NCBI GenBank assembly: GCA_013239625.1
Contig: MU054323.1
Coordinates: 11,803,815-11,867,814 of the forward strand
Direction of reading: 5' to 3'
DNA from: Lama guanicoe
Taxonomy: Eukaryota
Length of the DNA stretch: 64,000 nt
The translations under genes and the position numbers were made by a program. Positions within the stretch are counted from its first letter, which is position 1. Every line of letters starts with the position of its first letter. Shown in pieces: positions 24,727 to 35,170 of the stretch. The notes beneath the pieces are model-generated. The model did not search any database. It had not been told where the DNA came from and was given only the letters and a program-made list of their open reading frames with translations.

Positions 24727-27700
24727 AATATATATATATTGCAGAAGAGCAAAAATACAAAGAAATAGAAATCACGTACAAAAAGATATGTGGAGAAGAG
24801 ACCCATTCTGAAGACCTAATTTGTGAATAAGAATAATCCCAGAGGGAGAAAAGGCACAAATAAAGAATACACAAGAATTAAACAAACGAAAGTAGGTTTC
24901 CCTTGAAGAAAGACCCGAGTCTGCAAATGGAACTGAGCTCCTCACAGGAGTTACAGCAAAGGACATACCCCAAGGTGGATTTCTAAGTTCCAAAGATAAG
25001 GAGGAAATCTCACAAGTCTCCAGACAGAAAGAACAAGTAACTTAACAAAGGGAAAGTAATTAGGCACCAAGTTCACCTGCCATCTGCAAAACGGGAATCT
25101 AGGAGACAGTGGGAAACCATCCACATACTGCCAAACATCCAGGATAGAGGTTATCCACCTGTTTGATTTTAGGATATCTGTGGATGTGCAAGGGTTCATA
25201 GAAAATATAACCCACAAATCCCATCTCAGGAAAATACTCACGTCAAAAAATGAATTCAAACAAATCTTGAGATGAGTGAGATAAAGAGAAAACAGTGGTG
25301 AGTGATGAACCGTGCAATTTGCACAGTTGAATCTAAATAGAGAGTATTAAAGTACTGGAAACGTGTAACAAAAGTGATAAATAAGAATACTTGAAAAAGA
25401 AGAGGCACTCTGTGAAGAAAAACTTGACATTTAGTTCTACAAGTGTTAAATTATCTTAGCAAAGCCAAGAAATTAATGAGTGAAAGTCTTCTAACAGTCC
25501 ACCTGATTTCAGCAGAAGGAAGAGTTAGGAAGTAAAAATACTTCTAAAAGCCTCAATGTATTAGACTGATAAGAAGTGAGTAAAACATCTTTGTGGGGAT
25601 AACTCACTGATATCTTATTTTTACAGAAATGTCTATCTGAATGTCCTGAAAAGGAAGGTAACAGTCAGTGATGATGGTAAAATAAGATGTCTGAATTTAA
25701 AAAGGAAACAGAGGTTGAGATAGTGATTGGCCAAAATAGCGAAAATCATAAAAAGAAGAAAGAAAAATAAACAGTAAATATTCAATATATCAATTATTTC
25801 ACTAATTATGATAGGCTGAATATTCCTATTACAATACTAACATTTTTCAGATTGGATTGCAAAATAAAAATTGGTATTCAAGGGAGTCACGGGCTACTGT
25901 TGAAGGAGTCAACAGTTTCAGAGCTGAGTTTTTATGTGCCCATTCAAAGCCAGATATCAAAGTTATTTCAACTATTATTTTAACTATTGTATGCTTAAAA
26001 AACCCAAATCTCCCAGTTTATCTTATAAAAGCAGTATATTCTTAAATCTAAACCCTGACAGAGTACAAAAAACAACTATAAGTCAATCTAATTCGTGAAT
26101 ACAGCTGTTAAACTTCCGAATAAATGCCAACAAATAAAATCCAGCAGCATAAATAAACTCTAACTATAAAGGGTTTATTCCAGGAGAGCAAGGATGGTTC
26201 AAAATAAGGAAGTCAAACTGATTCACTGCATCAACAAAAGAGAAAAACTGTATGAGTCAAACAAAATATGATAAAAATCCAAAGTCATTTCTAAGAAAAA
26301 CTTGAAGTAAAACAGGAAATGAAACTACTACAATATGATAAAGAATATTTCATAAGTGTGAAATAGTAAATAGTGACATATTAGAGCTATTTGCATCAAA
26401 GTCAAGAAAGAGTTCTATATTCCATGGTATTTCATTTAGAATGTTCTCATGAATGAGACAAAACAAGATAATAAAGTGATTAAGCTCAATATTCAAAAAG
26501 AGAGAAATTTAACTCATTCTGATAATGATATGATTTTATACCTGGAAAATATGAGGGACTAATTAAGAAGTAGCCCCTGGGTTTAATAAGAAAATTCTAG
26601 TAAAAAGTATGATATTGGGATAGGAAGAGATACATAGATCAATAGAGCAGAATGGAGTTCCCAGAACTAAAACCCAATGTTTAGGGGAAATAAATATATG
26701 ATAAAGGCAGTATTTCAGTCAGTGGAAGAAAATGATGATTTGTTTAACTAATGATATTGACACAAATAACTATTCATTTAGAAGAAAATGGAGTTAAATT
26801 CCTACCTCAAACTAGAAATGAAAATAAAATCCAGATGGACTTAAGATTTTAAAGTTTTTTTGAAATTCATATAGAAGAGGAAATTTAGGATGTTCTACAT
26901 ACAACCTAGGAGTTAGGAAGATCTTTTTAATAAGACAGAACACTCATTAGCTATTTTTAACTATATAAAAATAAGCAAACGATTTTATGGTAATATATAC
27001 CATAAACAAAGTCAACAGTGTAAGAGCTGACTAGAAAAAAATCTACAATACATATGACCAACAAAGAGCCACCTGTAACATACAGAGAGTTCTTACTACT
27101 GACAACAAAAGATGAAGAGCCCAGTGGAAAAGTGGGCAGAGGATCTAAAAAGACATTTCATAGAACAGATCCTTCAGGGCAATAATATGTGAGAACATAC
27201 TTAACCTCTCTGGTAGTCAGAGGAATATAAAATTATAGTAGGATTCTATTACACACCCATTAGACTGGCAAAATGAAAATGACAACATTTATGCTAAAGG
27301 GGCTGCTGTGGAAAGAATACTCACCTTGCCAGTGGAAATATGGAATATTACACTCTTTTAAAAAGCAATCTCAATGTATCCATTAATATAGAAATTAGAC
27401 TCCCTTTGACTCAGAACTCCCTCTCCTCAAAATCTATCCCATAGAAATAAAAGCACCAATAGGTAAGAGTATGTATACATAGATATTTACTGCAGATTGT
27501 GTGCAATGACAAGAGATAAGAGACAAGGGATATATTCATTATATGGAAGTGAATTCATTATATGAATAAAATAAGCCACAGCTATGTCATAGAATATTAT
27601 GCAGTCATTAAAAATAATGAACTCACTGCCCTAAGGATTTCTAGGATGTACAGTCAATGAAAGTAAGATACAAAGAAGGATATATACTATGGTCAATCTC

Positions 27701-27830
27701 TTTCTCTCTCCTCCTTAATAATGACCCAAACAGATCGGTAAATGTTTATATTTGTTTACATACCGACTAGAGGGTGCACAGAGAAAGATACGGAAGTTTA
27801 CACATTCAGGTTGTTACAATGCTTATTTAA
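23900..27830 (+). mobile_element. Old degenerate L1 (L1ME-type): 5' region, ORF1-like and ORF2/3' remnants
   Basis: A-rich plus strand with L1 motifs GGGTTTATTCCAGGAGAGCAAGGATGGTTCAA (~26170), ATGATATGATTTTATACCTGGAAAA (~26525, RT DD region), CACACCCATTAGACTGGCAAAA (~27250) and GAATATTATGCAGTCATTAAAAA (~27595). The 5' boundary is uncertain. Confidence 0.75.
24686..24725. repeat. (TG)20 microsatellite followed by a short (AT)n
   Basis: Perfect dinucleotide run counted from the sequence. Confidence 0.95.
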
Positions 27831-27844
27831 AAGTGGGGGGAGGT

Positions 27845-27976
27845 GGGGAGGGTATAGCTCAAGTGGTAGAGTACATGCTTAGCATGCAAAAGATCCTGGG
27901 TTCAACCCCCAGTATCTCCTCCAAAAACAAACAAACAAACAAATAAACCTAATTATCTTCCTCCTGCAAAAAAAAT
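27845..27976 (+). mobile_element. Camelid tRNA-Ala-derived SINE (vic-1-like) with TSD
   Basis: GGGGAGGGTATAGCTCAAGTGGTAGAGTACATGCTTAGCATGCAAAAGATCCTGGGTTCAACCCCCAGTATCTCC plus an (AAAC)n/A tail; TSD AAAGTGGGGGGAGG (27830-27843) / AAAGTAGGGGGAGG (27977-27990). Confidence 0.92.
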
Positions 27977-29702
27977 AAAGTAGGGGGAGGGGTGCGTGGA
28001 GGAAATCAGCAAGAAGATAAGCCTAAATCAATCACTTACTAGGCAAGAATGAGAAACACAACATAGACCATACCCATTTATGTAAATCACTCACTTTGAT
28101 AATCTAAAAATTTTTTCAATATATATCTTGTTTTAAACAAAATAGGATCCTACTAGGGACACAATTCTGAATCCTTTTTTTTTTAACTTGGTACATCATG
28201 ATGCATGTCCATGTCCACTGTGTTAGGTCCTTTCCTCGTCCAGCTTCCCAGAAGGGTAACTTGGCGAGAGGCATAGTGGATCACCACACATGTCTGTGAA
28301 CGCAAGTGGGCCATCAGCCTCCGAGCTGCTTGGTAGATACAAGAAGAAGGAAATCTCCCAACCTGGGAACCCCATCCAGCATCCTGGTAACACCAGCCAG
28401 GATATCTTCCCTTCTTGATTCCTCCAACCAACGCACACAGACTCGGGTCTCCAGGACTTCCACACACCTGTCAGAGGACAGGACTGCTCTACGTGACTTT
28501 TCCCAAGACCTCATTCGACAGAATGTAGATCGACAAGATGACTTCTCCGTGGGGTGTTTCTCTAACAGGAGCTCCACGAATTAAAGATGAAAATAGGTGG
28601 TCAAGAAAAGCCAGAACCAACCTTGGTGAGACATACAGAACATATTTAGCAACTCTCATTTAGACCAGAGGTTAAGAGAAAGGGGATGCCTCATCGAGTT
28701 TCACTGAACTGCCCCTTTAAGAGTAAACGGCATACTCTGAGCAGTTAAAATCCTTAAACCAAAAACATACCCTGAACAGGTCCCCAGTGAGTAAATTGTA
28801 ATATTCCCAACTGAAGAGATCCATTCATTTTCAGACACATTCACATCTGAGAATAAAAATAAGCAAATTGCTTTATTTTAAAACTCCTCCACTCTGGCCA
28901 TTTGCTGAGTCCCACTGCCTCAGGAAGACCCTCCTCACCCCGCCAGCCACACAATCGCCCTTTCTCTGAATTCCTACAGAATTTACTCCATGTTCTACAG
29001 CAAGATATCCTAGATTTGCTACTGCGCTGTGCTGGTCACGTCCCCCAACTGCATCCTAACTCGCCACAGGCATGGCAGGATAATGTACTGGGATATTCAT
29101 TTGAATTTGTTCTCACTGCATTCTACCCCTTCACCCCGACCCCAGCCCAGCCCCAATTCCTAACCTCAGCATAGAACCCAAACAGGATGCTCCCTTGCTC
29201 CCAGGTGGTACAAAAAAGCTGGTGTGTTGAAAGAGTAAGTAGCCCAGCGGGTGATGGAAAAGGGAAGTCCTCCAGCTTGGAAAGACAATGAAGGCAACCA
29301 GTCCTGAAAGTGGTGGGTGCCCCAGAGGACAGCAGGGTCCGAGAGGAGTGGCTGTGCGGTGCCCCTAGGGAGGCTGGACCCTGGGCTTGGGGATCCCAGT
29401 GTCACAAGGAACCCAGTGGCCGGGGAGCAGGAGAATGATGAGGGCTCAGTGATGTCACAGACATGACCACAATGCCAGGAAGGTTCGAGGCTCTTCCCAC
29501 ATCCTCTAGCAACGAGGAAGCCTTCTGGATCCTCATGAATCTGTGAGTAGAAGAGGAATCCCCACTCCAATTCAGGAGAATGGGATCTCAGAATCATACT
29601 GAATTCAATAAATAGGGAAATGGAGCACCAACTCTAGACCCCAGTTTGTGAACTACGATTAACACTCGATTTTTGTGAGCAAAAGATAGTTGTCACCTGC
29701 GG

Positions 29703-29872
29703 CAATGCTTCCCAAACGTCAGCTGCCTGGGCACCACCTGTGAGTCTTGCTAAGATGCAGATTAAAAAAAAAAAGATGCAGATTTTGAATTAATGGCTGT
29801 GGAATGGCCTGAGAATCTGCATTTCTAACAAATGTCCAACCCTGACCTGCCAACCACACTTTGAGAAGCATA
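29703..29872. mobile_element. MER5A-like hAT-Charlie MITE
   Basis: CAATGCTTCCCAAAC...AAGATGCAGATT...GGCCTGAGAATCTGCATTTCTAACAA...CCACACTTTGAGAAGCA. Confidence 0.85.
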
Positions 29873-29881
29873 GATCTAGGG

Positions 29882-30211
29882 CAGAGTTAGCAAACTTTTT
29901 CTGCAAAGGGCCAGCCAGATAGCAAAACTTTCACTTTGGCGGGCCTCCTACTCTCCATCACAGCTATTCAGCTTGGCCACGATAGAGAGTGCTGCCACAG
30001 ACAATCCGTACAGGGATGAGTGTGACTGTTCTCATAAACCTTTATTTATGGACACTGAAATTTGAATGTCATATGATTTTCATGTGACACAAAATATTTT
30101 TCTTTCTAGTTTTTCTCCAACTATTAAAAATTTATACACACACACACATAAAAGCATTCTTAGCTCACAGGAGGAGGTGGGGTCTGATTTTGGCCCATGG
30201 GCAGACCCCAG
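29882..30211. mobile_element. MER58B-like hAT-Charlie element (opposite orientation to the 4674 copy)
   Basis: GCAAACTTTTTCTGCAAAGGGCCAG...CTTTATTTATGGACACTGAAATTTGAAT...TTTGGCCCATGGGC. Confidence 0.85.
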
Positions 30212-31239
30212 TAAAGACTGTCTAAAATAGTACAGAACCCATAATAGGCATGAATGTCTAATTAAACTAAAGAGGGGTGCTCAGTTAGCCTATTTCTCTT
30301 TCCTGAACTTGGTTTTCCGTTCCTGTTTTCCTTTCGCTAATGCTGTACTTTTCAAACAGCAGACACTTTGGGGACAAGTGGATCCCGGCAAATGTACTTC
30401 TTCAAAACTCACTGAAATGACTTGAAAAGACCGCCCTAAATCCTTCTTCTCCTAATAAGAGGCCCTGTGGAATAATGGATTCCTGTTTTAGTGAAAGAGC
30501 TTTAAGGATGAGATTAAACTTCAACCACACTTTTCTGAGCTAACTGAAGAGTGACATGAGCAAGGGAAGAATTCAACCTTGCAGAACAACTCCTAGTAAA
30601 TTTGAAAGCCATCGTCTCAAACTTTTATCCCTGGAACCCGTGTAAAGATCCTCTCCAACCCCCGGCCTCACATTCCACTCTGACTCAAAAGAGAAAAAAG
30701 ATGTCTCTTCATCTTGCAGCCCTCTCACCATTAAACAGCCATCCAAGTCACCCAGTTCCGTCTCTCCAGGAATAAAGCAACACACCTTCCAGTCCAAGAG
30801 GGAGACAGAGTTCTGCCAGGCACTGCTGCTCCACACGCCACTACTCCTTCAGGATTCGCCCTGGGCCAGGAGGGCAGAACCGGGCCCGGCCATCTCCCAC
30901 ACCCTGCACAGTGTTTCCCACCCAGGATTGCCTATACAGGTCTGCAACATGGCCTGGTACAGGAAAACCGGCCCATTGTCTCTCCTGTTTGGTAAGCCTG
31001 TCTCCCCACGCTGGATAGGGACTCAAAAGGAGAAATTCCTTCAAGGAACTCACCGTCTTTCTCACTTGCCAACTACCCCAATGGTACCCTGGCATCACAC
31101 AGACCTATCTTAGCTCCACCACCTATTAGCTCTGTTGAACTGGGCCAGTCTCACTGCATGTTTATGAACCTCAAGTTTTTCTTCATAAAATAAGGGAAAT
31201 CCACATGTCATCCAGAGATAATATTCATAAGAGAACTTT

Positions 31240-32043
31240 CAAAAATTGAACTATAGTTGATTTACAATGTTGTGTTAGTTTCTGGTGTACACCATAGTGA
31301 TTCAGTTACACACATATATTCTTTTTCATGATAGGTTATTCCAAGCTATTGGATATAGTCCCCTGTGCTACACAGTAGGACCTTGTTGATTATCTGTTTG
31401 ATACATAGTAGTGTGTATGTGTTAGTTTCAAACTTCTAATTTATCCCTCTCCCCACTTTCCCCTTTGGTAACCATAAGTTTGTTTTCTATGTCTGTGAGT
31501 CTCTGTTTTGTAAATAAGTTCATTTGTGTCATTTTTTTTAGATTCCACCTATAAGTGATATGTCATATGATATTTGCCTTTCTCTGTCTGACTTACTTCA
31601 CTTAGTATGATCATGTCTAGGTCCATCCATGTTGCTACAAATGGCATTATTTCATTCTTTTTATGGCTGAGTGGTATTCTTTTGTATAAATATACCATAA
31701 CTTCTTTATCCAGTCATCTCTTGATGGACATTTAAGTTGCTTCCACGTCTTACCTACTGCAAATAGTGCTGCTATCAACACTGGGGCGCATGTATCTTTT
31801 CAAATTAGAGTTTTCTCCAGATATATGCCCAGGGGTGGGATTGCTGGATCATATGGTAACTCTATTTTCAGTTTTTAAGGAATTATTTTCCGTAGTGGCT
31901 GCACCAAACTACATTCCCACCAACAGTGTAGGAGGGTTCCTTTTCTCCGCATCCTTTCCAGCATTTATCGTTTGTGGACTTTTTAATGATGGCCATTCTG
32001 ACCAGTGTGAGGTGGTACCTCATAGTTTTGATTTGTATTTCTT
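31240..32043 (-). mobile_element. 5'-truncated, relatively young L1 (ORF2 C-terminus and 3' UTR) with TSD, inserted in a MIR
   Basis: Minus-strand translation [44 protein letters not shown] is the L1 ORF2 Cys-rich domain. TSD TAAGAGAAC(A)TTT at 31228-31239 and 32044-32056. MIR-like sequence at ~31110-31227. Confidence 0.92.
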
Positions 32044-33711
32044 TAAGAGAACATTTTAACAACATGTATGGCTTAGGCACTAGTTAATCAGAAAGGTGCC
32101 AGCTTTGAACACATGGTAGGGCTGTACTGGCAAGCACCAGCTAGGTCTCAGCCTGCCTAACCTCGTGGTGAGCCTTGTAAAGAACAAATAACTCAACACA
32201 GATAAAGCACCTAGCATTTCTCCCAAGAGGCAGCCATACAGCCCTCTCCCCACGGAAACCTTTCCCTCCTGCATAGACTCCTAGCATACAGTGTGGTCAG
32301 GGATAAATTCCATCCCTAGCCCTTCCTGCAGGACACTTGATGGCCACTTGCACCACTTACTGAGGGCGTGGTCAGAGCTGCCCCCTGACCCCTGCAGACA
32401 ACCCAGGGAGCTCCCAAGGGCTCTTTCAGATGGTCCCCACCCAGAGAACGCATAATCACCCTGGGCAGGAAGACAGCCGGATTCTCACACCACTGGGGAC
32501 ATACTGGGTAGGAAGATGGCCTGCTTGGTGGGGAGAGGGTAGGGGCAGACACACAAAGCACCCAAATGCCCATCCATCCTCCTCAAAGCAGGATAATGAG
32601 GACCAAACCTCAAAGTGGCAACAAAGAAGCAACTAGGTCATTTTGTTGGCAGTTAACTCCAGGCTGGATTTCATAGGGAAAACCCTTTCATCCCTCACCC
32701 CTCAGAGAGACTGCATGCCTGTGAGAAACACCTGGCTCCTGCTCTGATCTAGCCCCAACTTCTTCCCTGAAAAGACCAAACACATCTCATGTAGGGCCTG
32801 ACACATGACACTCAACACACGTCAGTGCTCTCAACCCCTCTCAACCCCTTTTGAGACCGGAAAGAAACCAGAAAACGACTCGATTACAGCTCAACAGCTA
32901 TGCTTCTATATGACTGGGGAAGATAGGAAGTCCTAGCACAGAGAAGAAATTGCACATTATAAAAAGGAATATGCATTAAAAAGGAGAAGATATCACAAAT
33001 GTGGCTTATTTATGGTTAATAGCAGGTATTTGTTTTTCCTGCTAATAATCTAATTAGCAGTCAATCCAATACATCCTTTATTATCAGCTGATCCATAATT
33101 ACTGCTCCATGCTGAGTATTTCCCCGGCACATGATAGCTTTCAACTCCTCAGCACAAACAACCAAATAATCGGTGCTATTATGCTGGATACAGGACTATT
33201 CCTCTCCGAAGAATGATGTTGGGCAGGGTGGGGTGGTTACCATTTACCGTGGTCTTTGCATTTTCAGCATCTGTTGATTGATTCCTCACCATCCCCTCTT
33301 TAATCAGCCTTGAGGCAGATCGAAAGTAGCTTAACACCCTCAAGAATGTGATAGCTTGGAGACTCCTTTTTTAAAGCTTAACCCAGGGATCAGAAACCTT
33401 CCCCATGGTCTGTAGGGAGGATGTGTTCCTAATGGCTATCAAACAGTGCTGAAAGCACAATGTATTTCTCTTTGAAAGTGTTATAAAGTTTTCTCTTCGA
33501 CTGTTGTTCTAAAATGACTTGTCCTGGAAGAGATAGCTTCTGATATAAAACTATTTCATTCAACAGCTTCTGGTCTCAACAAGACACGTGTAATTCCAGG
33601 AAGGGGAGCAAAGGCAGGCTATAAAGGCACCTTTATAGGGGGAAAATATATTCAATCATCACTTTCAGGAGACCGTGTGTGGCTGGGAGGGAGGGAAGGA
33701 AGCCAGGGTGA

Positions 33712-33950
33712 GCGTGGTAAGGTGGTAAGAGGGTGGGTTCTGGAGCCAGACAGATCTGGTTTGGAATCCAGTTCCTCCACGGATGAGCAGCATGATTTGG
33801 GGAAAGTCACTTCATGATCCTTAGCCTGGATGCTTCTCACCTGACAAACAAAGTTAATAATACCGACTGTCCAGGGGGTTGTTACGAAGAATAGATGGTT
33901 GACACAGGATACACCTGGCAGCACCCGTAGGAGCTCAGATTGTTAGTTCT
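33712..33950 (+). mobile_element. MIR SINE
   Basis: GTGGTAAGAG..TCTGGAGCCAGACAGA..GAATCCAGTTCCTCCAC..AAAGTCACTT..GGGTTGTT; near full length. Confidence 0.8.
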
Positions 33951-34479
33951 CTGCTTTTTTTCCTCCTGGAGGCAATCAGTCAATCAATCAATCAATAGAA
34001 GCTGGATTTCTACAAGCCAGTAGCATGAGTCATAAAATTCCATTGACTGCCACTAAGCCTCCATCTCTTAATTATAAACATAGGTCAACTTCAGCCTGGG
34101 TTCACTGTGGAGCAGCTATACCAGCTGAATTCCTCCCGGTGGTTCCCACTGTATTGAAGGTGCCTCCCACTGCCCTTCTCTCCCCTAGCATCCACCTCCC
34201 ATCTTCCTATGATTCAGCAACTAAACAGTTAACTCTCAGCAGGCACGTGTACTTTGCGTGACTGGTATCCCTACTACACTGGTTGTTAAATGTCCCCCTG
34301 TGTGTAAAAAGGGAGTAAGAGTTGGGAAATTGGGAAGACCTCTCAACACCTTTCTCCAAAGGCTTTCTCACTCAGAAACCAGTGGCTAAAAAAAGAATGA
34401 AAACTTCTACGCTCTGACCTCAAAGGTGGTGCTGAAACCTGGAGTTAGAAGCCACCCACTCAGTGCCGACTTTTTCTTT

Positions 34480-35170
34480 TTAAACGTCGTATTCAGGTGG
34501 AAACAGAAAAGAGCAGGTATTCAAAAGGAATTTTCACAAAGTGAACACACCCAAGTTACAAGTACCCCAATCAAGAAACTGACACAGTACAAGTTCCCCA
34601 AATACCCTCCTGCTTCCTTCCAGTCACTAACACCAACCAACGGTCACCATGAAACTGATTTCAAACACCGTACATTAGTTTGGCTGGTTCTTGTACTTTA
34701 TGAAAGTGGAACTCCACAAGCCCGCCAAATCTGACCTGCCACCTGTCTTAGGACACCCTGCAAACTAAAAATGGGGTTTGCATTTATAAATCTTTGAAAA
34801 TCATGCCAAAGAATAATTATTTCACAAGATGTGAAAACTATACGAAATTCAAATTTCAGGGTCCACAAATAAAGTTTCATTGGAACACAACCATGTTCAT
34901 TTATTTACATATTGTCTTTCACTCCACAACGGCAGAGTTGAGTAGTTACAACAGAAATCGTATGACCTAAACAAAACAAAAATAACTAGTATCTGACCCT
35001 TTACAGGAAAAGTTGGCCTGCTCCGATTTCAGTGCACGGATTCACTGAAACAGGAAGGCTTTTCTTTGGGGTTTATCGCTAGGAGTGAAATTGCGGGGTC
35101 ATAGATATAAACATGCATTTGGCTTTAGTAGACACTTCTAAGATGTTTTCCAAAACATACACGCAGTTTT
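34480..35170. mobile_element. Old L1 fragment (minus) split by a third MER58B-like element (~34710-35025)
   Basis: L1 antisense TTTTCACAAAGTGAACACACC and CTAGGAGTGAAATTGCGGGGTCATAG flank MER58 sequence CCAAATCTGACCTGCCACCTG...AAATAAAGTTTCATTGGAACACA...CCCTTTACAGGAAAAGTT. Confidence 0.75.

Noticed and set aside
27845..27920. Possible tRNA-Ala(AGC) genes here and at ~11668-11742
   Set aside because: Stems are disrupted, and the A-rich tails and TSDs identify them as SINEs.
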